Shown: one piece after another, positions 19,808-30,384 of the stretch | Layout: each line of letters opens with the position of its first letter | How positions within the stretch are numbered: the first letter of the stretch is position 1 | IMG/VR virus record: IMGVR_UViG_3300043448_000837 | Coordinates: 32,001-96,000 of that record | DNA: 64,000 nt | Direction: 5' to 3' (one strand) | Source of the DNA: a virus | Program-made: the position numbers and the translations under genes | The notes under the pieces: model-generated | Databases searched by the model: none | What the model saw: the letters and a program-made list of their open reading frames with translations, nothing else | Told to the model about the DNA's origin: nothing

Positions 19808-21164
19808 TGGGAGTAACGTCGGGTTGTCCTTTGATGTTGGTGTTGGAGCAGCGCTCCATCTTTTGAAGCTTCTTGTACTCATCCCACTCAGGGCTGCACC
19901 ACATTCCGGGGAAGGAACCGTTCCACTTCGGCTCACCTGTTCCTCGCTCAGGGTGGTTGGTTGTAACCCATTCCATGAAGGATCGTCGGCAAGCTTCACA
20001 TTCCAGGTCATCCAGGGTAACGATTGCGTCCCGTGAGTAAAACACAAGAACAAGGTTCTCAGCATCCTCGCTCAGTGGAACGAATGGAGTTTGACCGTGA
20101 ACAAAGCCCTGGTTGTCTCCAATCAGAATGTCACCGTGGCGCATGTGGAAACCAAGGCCAAGTTGAGGCATCACAAAGTCAACGCCATCGTAGGAACCCC
20201 GGTCCATACAAACGAGAGCGGCCACAGCGTCCTTTGCGTTCTGACCGTCGTAATGCCAGCAGGTGGAAAAGTTGTAGTTACAGGTGATTGAGGAGAAGAC
20301 CGTGTCAAACAGGCTGTAACGGGTATCTGCGATATCCTTGTACCTATTTCGCAGGATCCCCCACTCCCTCGGAAAGAGGTCTTTTGTCAGAGAATCAACT
20401 TCCTTGTAGAAAGGTGCGAAAGAAGCGAAGTCGTCGTACCGCTCCATCGTCGGGGCAGTCAACCGGGCAAAGGGTGTTCTCCCTGAGCGAGTGATTGTGC
20501 CTAGAACGGCTGAGAAAACTTTCTGCCCCCGAGGTTGCTTCGTTACGTAACGTGCTTTCCCTGCGATCGCAGCCGCTTTCCGGTCCCCAGAGGGAGCCCA
20601 CTCTCGAACCAACCAATTGTCGAACCACGCCAGTTTGGCAGCATTTCTGTTCAAGATGGCCGTCTGTTTCAGGTCAAACGGCGTGCTCTTTTTTCGGACG
20701 AGGCTGTCCCACTTTTCAATCTCGTCGAGATCCACTAAACCATCCGTTTCGACTTTTCCTACAAAGTAGGTTGTTCTAGAAACGCGAGTATCAGCGGCGA
20801 CGATTGCTCTGGCTTCTTCCAAGTCGGCCACAAGGCCCTTCACAGCCTTACTGAAGAACACTTTCTGACCTTCGGTTAGCCGGATTTCCACGTTCGTGGT
20901 GATTTCCGAACCAGCGGCGTTCCCGCGTTGATCTGACAGAAGGGACTTACAGGCCCAGCGCCAGTACTCAAATTCTTTGCTGTTGGGTCGGATATTGGCT
21001 GCTGCTTTCAGACCTTTTTTGCGAAAAGCGACGGCAAGTGAACCATCGGGGCGGTACACGTTGCAATCTTCATCGATAAGTTCAAGGAAATCCGTCGATG
21101 AAGGCACTCCACCAAGTCGTTTGTCGTCAAACGGAACTAGCGCGTCTAAGTAAATTTCTCTCAT
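19800..21164 (-). CDS. TET/JBP-family 2OG-Fe(II) dioxygenase
   Basis: FSSITCNYNFSTCWHYDGQN (HxD), GDILIGDN..VHGQT (distal His), LVFYSR. Confidence 0.8.
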   Translation of the reverse strand: MREIYLDALVPFDDKRLGGVPSSTDFLELIDEDCNVYRPDGSLAVAFRKKGLKAAANIRPNSKEFEYWRWACKSLLSDQRGNAAGSEITTNVEIRLTEGQKVFFSKAVKGLVADLEEARAIVAADTRVSRTTYFVGKVETDGLVDLDEIEKWDSLVRKKSTPFDLKQTAILNRNAAKLAWFDNWLVREWAPSGDRKAAAIAGKARYVTKQPRGQKVFSAVLGTITRSGRTPFARLTAPTMERYDDFASFAPFYKEVDSLTKDLFPREWGILRNRYKDIADTRYSLFDTVFSSITCNYNFSTCWHYDGQNAKDAVAALVCMDRGSYDGVDFVMPQLGLGFHMRHGDILIGDNQGFVHGQTPFVPLSEDAENLVLVFYSRDAIVTLDDLECEACRRSFMEWVTTNHPERGTGEPKWNGSFPGMWCSPEWDEYKKLQKMERCSNTNIKGQPDVTPNA

Positions 21165-21201
21165 GATGTTTAAGGAGTAACCTCACAGTTTTACCCACCT
21201 C

Positions 21202-21253
21202 ATTATAACGGTTCGGGTCAGCGGTAAGCAAAATAAAAGGCGGTTTCCCGCCC
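21202..21253 (-). repeat. Partial repeat copy 7 / promoter of the modification operon
   Basis: GGGCGGGAAACCGCC ... TATAAT, followed by GGGTAAAA. Confidence 0.5.
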
Positions 21254-21275
21254 ATCCGACCAACAAGTTAAGGTC

Positions 21276-21890
21276 TTACTGCGTGTATTCGCAGAGGATA
21301 TCGGACTCTTGGTCAAAGGCGCAGTTGAGCAATTTTCGCATTTGGCGGGCGACATCAAGGTCTTTACCGAGGTAAAGAGTCGTTTTCAGAAGGTCGCTGT
21401 ACACAACCGGTTGCTCTTTGGTGATTTCCTCGTCATAGAAGTTGACTCGGTAAGCAACGCCATTTGATTCGCAAAGTTCGTTTATTCGCTTTGCGTGCAG
21501 AATGAAATTCTCTCCGTGACCCTTGATTCCATCATCAAGATTCTTCATGTCGAGATAAGCGTGAAGCATCTCGTGAAGCAAGGTGCTGCGAACTTCCAGG
21601 GGATCTTTCGCAGCGTGGCGGGCGAGTTTGATTTCCCCAGTTCCTCCGTTATTTGGCTTGTAAGTCCCCCACTTAGTTCTGTAACGACCTTCCCACTTGA
21701 GACGCGGATACGAGTTCCAGGTCTCTCCGTTTTCGTCGGTGCGAGAGACAACCTTGGGGACCGGGAGTTCTCCGTTGAAATACTTCGCATTGAACTCGGC
21801 GTACAACTCGCCAAGGTCATAAATCGCGCAAGGGTTGGGGCAGAACCGTTCAAGAAACGAGTTTGAAACTACCGTTTTGAATTCCGTCAT
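21276..21890 (-). CDS. SprT-like zinc metalloprotease
   Basis: FNAKYFNGELP, TLLHEMLH, HGENF. Confidence 0.85.
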   Translation of the reverse strand: MTEFKTVVSNSFLERFCPNPCAIYDLGELYAEFNAKYFNGELPVPKVVSRTDENGETWNSYPRLKWEGRYRTKWGTYKPNNGGTGEIKLARHAAKDPLEVRSTLLHEMLHAYLDMKNLDDGIKGHGENFILHAKRINELCESNGVAYRVNFYDEEITKEQPVVYSDLLKTTLYLGKDLDVARQMRKLLNCAFDQESDILCEYTQ

Positions 21891-22132
21891 CAGTCGCGAG
21901 CGGAGTGGATGGACTCGTTGATCTTCGCGGCGTAGGCCGTGGGGCTCATGCCGGTGACGGCGGACCTCCACTCCAGGAAGGCCACCTCGGCCCGGTCGCA
22001 GAGGTCTTCGTACTTGGCGATGGCATGCGGTGCCCAGGGGCTGGCCATGGCACCCTGCTTGTGGTAGAAGGCCAGCTTGACCTGGGTGGCTTCTTCGTAG
22101 AGGGCTTTGAGTTGGGTTTGAACGTCTTTCAT
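21890..22132 (-). CDS. Hypothetical cassette gene
   Basis: Leaderless start after repeat. Confidence 0.65.
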   Translation of the reverse strand: MKDVQTQLKALYEEATQVKLAFYHKQGAMASPWAPHAIAKYEDLCDRAEVAFLEWRSAVTGMSPTAYAAKINESIHSARD

Positions 22133-22138
22133 GCTTTA

Positions 22139-22204
22139 ATTATGGCTCATTTTGTCGCGTTTGTAAAGGGGGCAAACCGCCCTCCCAGGTACGGTTAACC
22201 GCCC
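22139..22204 (-). repeat. Cassette/promoter repeat copy 8
   Basis: Abuts TGA at 22205; ATG 6 nt after -10. Confidence 0.9.
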
Positions 22205-22456
22205 TCACATCCACCAGCCGATCTCGCGATCGCCATTCATTTGCTCCAGCTGGTAATCGTGGAAGGTTTCGCAAACGTATTCAACAGTAGCGTTATCCGG
22301 CAGTTCGTCGCGGCAGATTACGTACACTTCGTTGTAAAGATTGTCAAAGGCTTCTTTGTCACCATCGTAACCGGCGTAGCAGCAATCGTTGAGAAGCTCC
22401 TTGTGAAGCTGAAAGCTGGCGGCGAGGGCTTTCTGGGAGAGGTCGGTTTTCTTCAT
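22205..22456 (-). CDS. Hypothetical cassette gene
   Basis: Exactly bounded by repeats. Confidence 0.7.
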   Translation of the reverse strand: MKKTDLSQKALAASFQLHKELLNDCCYAGYDGDKEAFDNLYNEVYVICRDELPDNATVEYVCETFHDYQLEQMNGDREIGWWM

Positions 22457-22462
22457 GTAATT

Positions 22463-22529
22463 ACTATAGCGCCTTTTGCCCGTTTTCGAAAGGGGGGCAA
22501 ACCGCCCTCCCAGGTACGGTTAACCGCCC
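22463..22529 (-). repeat. Cassette/promoter repeat copy 9
   Basis: Consensus copy; overlaps TAG at 22529. Confidence 0.92.
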
Positions 22530-22756
22530 TAGTCCAGCTTGGATTCAGGTTCGTTAAACTGGTCGAGCAATTCGGGGGCGTAATCTTCAGCCAGGTCCCA
22601 CAGATCCGTCCAATCTTGCCAAACTGTTTGCTCGTAGTGCAGATCCCAAACAATCTGACGAAGCTGCTCTAACGTCAACTGGGAGACCAATCCGTCTACG
22701 ATCGCGGAAACAACCTCTTCGCGATCTTCTTCAATCCACTCAGTAGGACGATTCAT
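22529..22756 (-). CDS. Hypothetical protein
   Basis: Coupled ORF ending at repeat. Confidence 0.65.
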   Translation of the reverse strand: MNRPTEWIEEDREEVVSAIVDGLVSQLTLEQLRQIVWDLHYEQTVWQDWTDLWDLAEDYAPELLDQFNEPESKLD

Positions 22757-23040
22757 ACCACTCCGTAGTCGACACGAGATTGTTGCATCAGGGCAACTTT
22801 GTACAGAATCAGGTACCCGATCAGGTCAGAAGTTACATCCTCGTCTTCATCCTCTTGGGCGTTTCTCAGCCGGGAAAGTTTATCATCTAGACGAACTTTG
22901 ATCTGCTCAAGGGTGCTTGCTTTGCTGAAGACTCGGACCGGGCGCAAAGCCGAGTCCCCGTATTTACGGTTCTTTTCAAGAAGCAACTCACGTATTTCAT
23001 CGCAAACTTGGGCAATGTCTTGTTGAGACTGAGTGATCAT
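22753..23040 (-). CDS. DUF1599-like nucleotide-modification-associated all-alpha protein
   Basis: EKNRKYGDS...RLDDKLSRL...DLIGY. Confidence 0.7.
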   Translation of the reverse strand: MITQSQQDIAQVCDEIRELLLEKNRKYGDSALRPVRVFSKASTLEQIKVRLDDKLSRLRNAQEDEDEDVTSDLIGYLILYKVALMQQSRVDYGVV

Positions 23041-23176
23041 GATTGGGGCAGAATTGAACGGTAGTACGCTTGGTAGCGGGCGAATCTGTGCACGGAGGGT
23101 TCAAACCCGAGCGACCAGCAACATTCACAGTACGAGAGAAACTCAAACCACGGAGTTGTCGGGTCGAGGGCAGGCA

Positions 23177-23389
23177 TCACAGTTTTCCACCAACCACGCT
23201 ATCATAGCTTTTGCTACTGTCGGGAAAACCGTCTTGCTCGGCTTTGAGGTACCACCGTGTTGCTTCAACGCACTGTTCCTCAGTCAGGGAAGTTAGGAGC
23301 TCTCTTCCGCTTTTGTGCATGGACACGAAAGTGCCCCAGCGTTGTTTCTTGATGTAGAAACAATCGTCAATCAGTGTTTGCTCAATCAT
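23177..23389 (-). CDS. Hypothetical cyanophage protein
   Basis: Coupled ORF ending VVGGKL. Confidence 0.65.
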   Translation of the reverse strand: MIEQTLIDDCFYIKKQRWGTFVSMHKSGRELLTSLTEEQCVEATRWYLKAEQDGFPDSSKSYDSVVGGKL

Positions 23390-23699
23390 GCTGTAACCAA
23401 TCGTTTTCTTTATCTTGCCGGAACCATTCGGCCAAGTCCACCGGGTTTTGCGGCCCGATAAGGTGGTTGGAAGGGTCGGGGTCGCCCAAATCCATTACAT
23501 CAAGAAGTTCGTCAAGGGAGCCTTTCTCGGGCTCGCCGTTGATTGCTCGGCGCCGTGCTCTCCTCAGAATTTCAGCAGCCGAGCGGTTCGCATTCGCCCA
23601 CTTCTGGGCAAATTGCATTTCTTCGAAGGAAACGCTCAAGCCACCCGAAATTCGAGCGGCAATGTCTTCTAGGCGAATCCGTGTTTGAGTTGAGAGCAT
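23382..23699 (-). CDS. Hypothetical cyanophage protein
   Basis: MLSTQTRIRLE...LGDPDPSNH. Confidence 0.7.
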   Translation of the reverse strand: MLSTQTRIRLEDIAARISGGLSVSFEEMQFAQKWANANRSAAEILRRARRRAINGEPEKGSLDELLDVMDLGDPDPSNHLIGPQNPVDLAEWFRQDKENDWLQHD

Positions 23700-23727
23700 T
23701 TTACTTTTCCCGTTGGATAATTTTACC

Positions 23728-24009
23728 TCACCTGCCGTGTTTGTTGATCGTGTCCCTCCAGAAATCGGATGTCATTTCCTGAGAGCCTGTCATTTTGGCA
23801 ACGGGCACGCCATCAACCAGTGCGATAAGAGTTGGAGTCGCTTCAACTTCGCACTGTTTTGCAAACTCGGACCACTCTCCGTTCTCTTTGGCGGTGGTAA
23901 TAGTAACGACACTTTCCCAGTTGGGAACCTTCTTCAGTTGTGTTTCGGCGTACATACAGGGTCGGCACCCTTCTTGTACGAATAGGTGGATTTCAGTACC
24001 GATAGCCAT
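23728..24009 (-). CDS. Glutaredoxin/thioredoxin-like protein
   Basis: CRPC and ATPTL. Confidence 0.8.
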   Translation of the reverse strand: MAIGTEIHLFVQEGCRPCMYAETQLKKVPNWESVVTITTAKENGEWSEFAKQCEVEATPTLIALVDGVPVAKMTGSQEMTSDFWRDTINKHGR

Positions 24010-24844
24010 GGTAGTTGCAAGAGGGGCAGTGGACGTTGTACTGGGGCGGATAAGATGTCAGCATGACACTTGGGCTCGAATCCCACAGTTCGTTTCCGCA
24101 AAGTGGGCACGCGATGCCATTCGGTGCGGGGGATCCCCACCGAGCTCGCTGAACTTCAAAGTTGTGCTCTTCCAGGGACTTGAGATTGTTGAGTTTGGTC
24201 ATGTCAACCTCCAACGTCTCCGCTCACAACGACGGGCTCCACATCGCCACAGAGGACCTCGACCTCAATTCGGCCCATGATACTCAGGACATGGTCTCTC
24301 ACCCGCTCTCTCGTTTCCTTTGTGAATCCCTCGTAGTTGGAAATCCTCAAACTCTTGTTGAGCGTGTCAGCGATCACCATCAAGTCACCGGCGGATAGTT
24401 TCATTGTTACTCCTCCCTCACAACTACAAAGTGGCGTTGCGCCTCTGCGGGCAACTGATCGTAAACTTTCTGCTCGTCTCGCAGGGACTTATTCCAGGCT
24501 TGCACCATCAGCAGGTAAATGCAGAGGGAGAGTTCATACGTGGTAATGTCAGGTTTGGGGCGATACTTGAAACTTCGCCCATCCTCAAGCGCCTCCTGCA
24601 GGGAGGTATCCCCAAAGAAGTGAGCGAAGAAGTTAGCGGTGGCGCGATCGGTGTCAGTCATTGCTATCAGTGTGAAGACGCCAGTTTACATCACGAGCGG
24701 TTGGAATCTTGAGAGCCATCCGCAGCGTGTTGTTTTCGTGAATCAGCAGCTTGACCATGTCGAGCGTTGTAACCTCGCACTCGGGAAACTGCTTGCCCAC
24801 TTCGTGAGCGATTCGCATGTATTCGGTTTTGTAGTCAAGTTCAA

Positions 24845-25201
24845 TCATTCGGGCAAAGCCTCCAGTGCGCGGCGGATGTTGGCAAGATCTTTCATCTGGT
24901 CACTGAAGAATTCTCCCGTTGCTACAAGGCGTTTGAGTCCCTCCAGTGCTACCTCCTTCAAGCTCGGTGGCCTTGGACGGCGATAGTTGTAGAACTCAAT
25001 CACATCTTCTTCCTCCCACCCAGCACACTGCTTGAGGTAATTTCCGCAAGCCAGTAGCTCCTGATCTGCGCCCCATTGGGCGGCACTGGCAGCCAAGTGC
25101 AGATCGCTTTGCGCTACTCGCACTGGCGTGCCTTCATGCCAGATCTCGCCAATCCATTTCTCTACGATCTCCGGCGGTGGGGTAAGTTTGGGGTCAGTCA
25201 C
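24845..25201 (-). CDS. Hypothetical protein, TPPP/QWGAD/PPSLKE family
   Basis: Paralog of 29787 and 40676 ORFs; GTG start. Confidence 0.65.
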   Translation of the reverse strand: MTDPKLTPPPEIVEKWIGEIWHEGTPVRVAQSDLHLAASAAQWGADQELLACGNYLKQCAGWEEEDVIEFYNYRRPRPPSLKEVALEGLKRLVATGEFFSDQMKDLANIRRALEALPE

Positions 25202-25377
25202 TACATGCCTCCTCTCGAAGTTCAGTTGTAATCCAATCAATCTGAGGACCAAACGCCTCCTCCAACCATATCGCCACTTCTCGAATAGCAGCGCGAGCTT
25301 CCGGTTGGCCAGTAGTTTTTGAACGTGCGTATTCAACGTAGATTGCGTGTTGAACCCGATTCACTAACGAGTCGTAG

Positions 25378-25986
25378 TCACTCATTTCCCGAACCCTCAC
25401 CTCCCTTCAGTGCCATGAAGGCGTCCCTGAACCCCCACCATCGCATTTCGTACTCCCCGGCCCCCCACTCACCATACTTTTCGTAGTAGGCTTTCAAAGC
25501 CGGGGACAGTTCGTATTTCACGCAGTAGTCGTCGTACAAGTCAAAGACTTTGTTGATAGCGGCCTTGCAAGGATCATCCAGCTCGTACTCTTCGTGTTCT
25601 TCCACGAATTCCAGCATATCCTTAAGAGCCGCAACCTCATCTTCGTTAAAACTGCAAGAAATCTCACCTTGCTCGTAACTCGGAATCAGTTCCGCCTCCA
25701 GCGCCTCGTCAGTCATGATTGGTTGCATATTTGCAAACAGGTGTTTAGCTACTTCTTTGCTTTGCTCTTTGATGTTTGCCTGGGCTCTTGCCATCGCGAT
25801 TCCTTTGGCAAGGTAACCCCAGTCGCGCACTTCGGTGACGGGTTTCGTTTCACCGCAAACCTCACATTGCCCTTCATAGATGCTTGAGCACCCGACAGAA
25901 TACTTGCCGTATGCTTGACCGCAATCTTTGCACACAACGTCGGCTTGGGTCAGCCTTGTGACTAGGTTTTCACTCAAGGGTTTCAT
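25378..25986 (-). CDS. Hypothetical protein with N-terminal CxxC..CxxC
   Basis: CKDC...CEVC. Confidence 0.65.
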   Translation of the reverse strand: MKPLSENLVTRLTQADVVCKDCGQAYGKYSVGCSSIYEGQCEVCGETKPVTEVRDWGYLAKGIAMARAQANIKEQSKEVAKHLFANMQPIMTDEALEAELIPSYEQGEISCSFNEDEVAALKDMLEFVEEHEEYELDDPCKAAINKVFDLYDDYCVKYELSPALKAYYEKYGEWGAGEYEMRWWGFRDAFMALKGGEGSGNE

Positions 25987-26382
25987 CTGCCTTGCTCCTG
26001 GTTTTGATTGTAATAGTAAGGAAAGAGTTCTCTCAGAATTGTGTCAACGGCGTTGTAGGTTTTACCTCCAATCTTGCAACTCTCAAGCTGGTAACGGCGA
26101 AGGAGTTGGTAAAGGGTACGGTACTCAGAGGGGGTCATAGTTTCTTTGTGCAGCGCACAGAAATTGGGCTCAGTCATTTCTTCTCCTTAAGCTTCAGGTA
26201 ATTATACTCCGTGGCGCACTGTTTGGGTTGTTCGGTGCAGTAGATGATTCCGGCGTTTCTGCCACGTTCGATGTTACCTTTCTCTGGCAGAGTTGCGCCG
26301 ATAGAAATTAACATTCCCGAAACCACAAGGACGATAAAGCATGTCATAAATCCGACAAACACTGATTCTCCTTCTGTTCTTA

Positions 26383-26625
26383 TCATTCTCCACCCTCCAG
26401 TTCGTCGGCGATGAGCTCCAGGGTGCTTGCGCGGATGTACTCAACGCCGCCTATGAACTCAGTGTCTACCCGCCAATCGTTTGCAACAGCTCGCAGTGAA
26501 GCGGCGATAGTGGATGCCATCCGCGCTGCTTCATTGGAAACGTCGCAAGGATTAAGGTCGTATTCCTTGCGTATAGCTGCTGCAAGCACCGCATGCGCGG
26601 CGGGGGAGAGTTCAATCATTGGCAC
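26383..26625 (-). CDS. Hypothetical protein, LSPAA/IADELEG family
   Basis: Paralog family. Confidence 0.6.
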   Translation of the reverse strand: MPMIELSPAAHAVLAAAIRKEYDLNPCDVSNEAARMASTIAASLRAVANDWRVDTEFIGGVEYIRASTLELIADELEGGE

Positions 26626-27017
26626 CCTCCAGCTCCTCGGCGATCAGGCGGATCTGGGAGGAATCCACAGCGCGGACACCAAGAACGTCGTAACCAAGTT
26701 GCTCGTCAAGGGCACGCAGTGCGGCGGCAAGAGCTTTGCGATCGGTTTCGAACGAAGGCTCATTGTAAAGGCCAATTCGGTTGAAGGCAGTGTAAACTGC
26801 AAGAGCTTGAGAAGTCATTCGGGCAAAATAAAGTCAATGTCGGAGGCGATTGCGTTGAGAATCGCGGTCTCTTCCCACAGAAGAGTGCCGTAGTCGCGGG
26901 AACCCTTCTCGCAGGCACGATTGCACTCGTGGGTCAGATTGTGCGCCTCGTTGCGAAGGGCTTGGATCACACGCTCCCAATCGGCGCGGCAGAGGGTGAA
27001 GGTGTACAAAGGTTCCA

Positions 27018-27296
27018 TCAGTTGAAACCCTCCAGTTCGTCGGCGATGGCGAGGATTGCCTCACGGATTGAGTCACTTCTTGCCTCCATTCCTTGGTCCC
27101 ACTCGATGTGGCCAGTGAATGAGGCATAGTCATCGGGTGCTACCTGATCAGCAGCAGCTCGCAGAGCGGCGGCCACTTCCAATCGCGTGCATTGAAAAGC
27201 AACGATTTCGGTTTCCGGGTGACAAACGGAAGTTGCTGCATTCAGCACCGCCTGCGCGGCGGGAGAGAGAGTGGTCACAGCGGTTTCGTTTTCCAT
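27018..27296 (-). CDS. Hypothetical protein, LSPAA/IADELEG family
   Basis: Leaderless start after repeat. Confidence 0.65.
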   Translation of the reverse strand: MENETAVTTLSPAAQAVLNAATSVCHPETEIVAFQCTRLEVAAALRAAADQVAPDDYASFTGHIEWDQGMEARSDSIREAILAIADELEGFN

Positions 27297-27302
27297 GAAT
27301 TA

Positions 27303-27370
27303 ACTATAGCGCCTTTTGCCCGTTTTCGAAAGGGGGGCAAACCGCCCCATCAGGTAGGGGAAACCGTCCC
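27303..27370 (-). repeat. Cassette/promoter repeat copy 10
   Basis: TTTCGA-N17-TATAGT, ATG 6 nt downstream. Confidence 0.88.
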
Positions 27371-27802
27371 TCGGATGGGACCGTCGCCTTTGCCTTCCAG
27401 AGACTTTACAAGTAGCTCGGTGAACTTCTCTTGAGCCTCGGAATCGTACGCCATCATATTGCCGTTCAGCTCTCGAAGTAATTCGGTCAGATCCTTCCAC
27501 TCCTCTTGCTCCATGTTTCGTCCTCAATCAAAAAACATCGTTTGGTGTGAATACTAGGCTAGCGTCTGCTGCCCACTCCACGATTCTATCTCCCAAGTCA
27601 AGTGCTTCTTCCGGGGATAGAAGAATCTCCTCAAAGTCACCATACTCAGATCGCCGCCCCAGAATATAGCGAGCAGCGTGTACAACTCGCTTCCAGAACG
27701 GTAACGGGCTTAGGTGTATTTCGATAAACAGGTCTTCGGTGTCCGAGGTAACTACGAGCGAATGCTGAATACTTCCGCAGCGGCAAAGGTATAGCGTTCG
27801 CT

Positions 27803-28195
27803 TCATCGCTTCACGTGAATTACAGGAACGTTGTTCCTCTGCAGCATCTCGATATTCCCAGCGTTATCGTCAGCCCAAACAAGCGGATCACCGTAGAACG
27901 AACGGATCCTGTTTAGGTGATCTTCCTTGATAACGTGATCCGGAACTCCCTCTTGATCGTCTGGGCGCATGAAGATTTGAATCGGAAGAAGGCCGCGCAT
28001 CTTCAACCATTCGGTTGTTTGTGGGCGCAGTCGTTCAGGGCGAGCGGTCGAGATTAGCAGAGGACGTTCAGCCTGGAGGGCGATTGCCACAAGAAGCATC
28101 GCGGCATTTTCTCTCAGGGTTAGGAGGTTGTTCTCGTCGTAATGCTCTGAGGTAAGGGTGCCATCAATGTCAAAGACAACAGGTTGTTTTCTCAT
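27803..28195 (-). CDS. HAD phosphatase, T4 PseT 3'-phosphatase-like
   Basis: Start MRKQPVVFDIDGTL; STAR; FMRP..D; DD. Confidence 0.8.
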   Translation of the reverse strand: MRKQPVVFDIDGTLTSEHYDENNLLTLRENAAMLLVAIALQAERPLLISTARPERLRPQTTEWLKMRGLLPIQIFMRPDDQEGVPDHVIKEDHLNRIRSFYGDPLVWADDNAGNIEMLQRNNVPVIHVKR

Positions 28196-29380
28196 ACCAA
28201 TTTTGCTTGCAGTTTGTCCAGGGTCTGAAGAAGGTTGTTCATTCGGTTTGCCTCTTGCTGAGCCTCGTCCAGTTGCCCCCTCGTAACGTAGGTGGCGATT
28301 GTTTTCGAGCGCCCCGCGCGATAAGTTTCTGCGTAGGCGTCGGCGCATAGTGCCAGAATCGCCCACTGTTCGTTGGTCAGGGTTACCGAGCGACTGATTT
28401 CGTTCTCAGGCTCTCCTGCGAAAACAACTAGCTCTGTGTCAGTCAACATTTTCTCTCTCTTTGAAGAATTCCGCTGCGATTCTGTCCGCGTTTCGCTTTA
28501 TTTCGTAGCGCACCCATGGGCTGTCCGGGTGATAGCGAACCTTGAACCAGAAACGTTGAAGCTCGATGCGGAGGAGCTTGGATTGCAACACTAACCAGTC
28601 ATACACGTTGCTATCTTGAACAACAACGTAAACGAGGCAAGCGCCAATCGTGAACCAAGTTAGTGTGGCGACGTTCATAGTATATTTGCCGAGTCAACTA
28701 CTACAAGAGTTGAATCGATAGCAACTAGCCACGTGTTCAACAGTTTTTTCAGTTTATCGTTATCAACGTTCTCACCGTTGATGTTTAGGTTGAGGTCAGT
28801 GTCGTGATCGCCGTTGTAAGACCGGTAGGAAAAGTCAACGGTGTTCTTTTCAGAGCTCATTTTGTTTCTTGATGTTGAGTAGGAGAAGGAAGCCTTCGTA
28901 TTTTGAGAAGGTGGCAACAGGTTGCCAGTGGTTCAGATAAGAGGTCGAAAGATACCACTCGTCGTCTTTTTTGTAGACGCGAGCGACAGGAACACCCCCA
29001 TAACTAGCAGCGTAAATCACCTCCGCTTCCGAGGAGGAGACGATCCACAATGGTGACTGATAGTCCAAGGGTTTACCGTACTCGACGAATGTTCTCCCAG
29101 TAAGGAGAGTCTGGACGTTCATTGGGTTGCACCTTGATCGGAGTGAGAGTTGCTTTGCGACGCTTGAGAATTTCCCAGAGTCCCGCTTTCAATCGCGGGT
29201 CGGTAGTAGTATTATAGGCAGTCACGAGTTTCGTAAATGCCTCGTCGCGTTCGGGAATGCGGAGGTTTTCACGCGAGAGAATGTCTTTCGTGAGGTCAAG
29301 ATCGCCAGGTTTGCCTTGAACTTTTGCCCTGCCGAAATTGCCGGTGTGAACGCCAGTAGTTCGTAGTCCGTGATTTGCCA

Positions 29381-29587
29381 TCAGTTAGCACCCTCCAGCT
29401 CGTCGGCGATGGCGAGGAGGATGTCAACAGGGACTACCTCAATCGTTTTATTTACCGCTACGTCGGCAAAGGTACTTTGTTTTGCAGCAGCTCGCAGCAC
29501 GGCGGCAACCGACAGCCTGTTGTCGCAAGGTGCTTTCAGGTAGGCATCCAGTACCGCCTGCGCGGCGGGGGAGAGAGGTTCAGTCAT
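29381..29587 (-). CDS. Hypothetical protein, LSPAA/IADELEG family
   Basis: Start MTEPLSPAAQ. Confidence 0.6.
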   Translation of the reverse strand: MTEPLSPAAQAVLDAYLKAPCDNRLSVAAVLRAAAKQSTFADVAVNKTIEVVPVDILLAIADELEGAN

Positions 29588-29786
29588 AGATTTGAAAGAA
29601 AAACGAGTAGTTGTGCGATCAGAAGCAAAGTCAGGCCTATCGGGCCCATAATGACAAAGTAGGCGTAGAAAATCAACAGCATCATTGCGTCTACAAGTTC
29701 CATGCCTCTGATCCAATGGCGCTCGCTGAACGCGAAAATCAAGCACGAAAAGATGCCAGCGATGATCCAGAGGGTGGTGCTGCCAG

Positions 29787-30131
29787 TCATTCAGGCAGCG
29801 CCTCCAGTGCGCGGCGGATCAGGTCAGAGTCCCCGCCAGATGTTTCAAATGCCGCTGCAAATGACTCAAAGTGGATCAGCGCCTGCTCCTTCAAGCTCGG
29901 CGGCTTGGGGCGGCGAATCATACGAAGATCTGTTGAAACATGCTTGCCGTCGCAAATCAATTCACGGGCAAGCACCTCGCAGCACGCCTCCAGCTCAGTG
30001 TCGGCGCCCCATTGAGCGGCGCGATCAATCATGTAATCTTCGCGCTCAACGCTAATAACCTTGAACGGCGACTCTGATAGCCATTCACACCGCAGCTCCG
30101 GCGGTGGGGTGATGGGGTGTTGGTTAGTCAT
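29787..30131 (-). CDS. Hypothetical protein, TPPP/QWGAD/PPSLKE family
   Basis: Paralog family. Confidence 0.65.
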   Translation of the reverse strand: MTNQHPITPPPELRCEWLSESPFKVISVEREDYMIDRAAQWGADTELEACCEVLARELICDGKHVSTDLRMIRRPKPPSLKEQALIHFESFAAAFETSGGDSDLIRRALEALPE

Positions 30132-30384
30132 GTTGGTTAATTCAGTTGCCAGGAAAGGTGATCGTGAGCTCATCGCTCCAGAGAGCAGAACTTTCACAGC
30201 GAGACAGGTGCATCACGCAGCCTCCGCCAACCATTGTGAAGTCAGGGTCAAGTCGAACTAGGAAAGGTTGGTTGGAGTATTCAACTCGGCAGCAAAGGTA
30301 GTGACCCGGTGCGGTAGGTCTGTTGCGAGGTTTAAGGGTTAGGTTCGTTGTGAGGGGCACGGGGTCGTTTTCGTTCATGAATTA

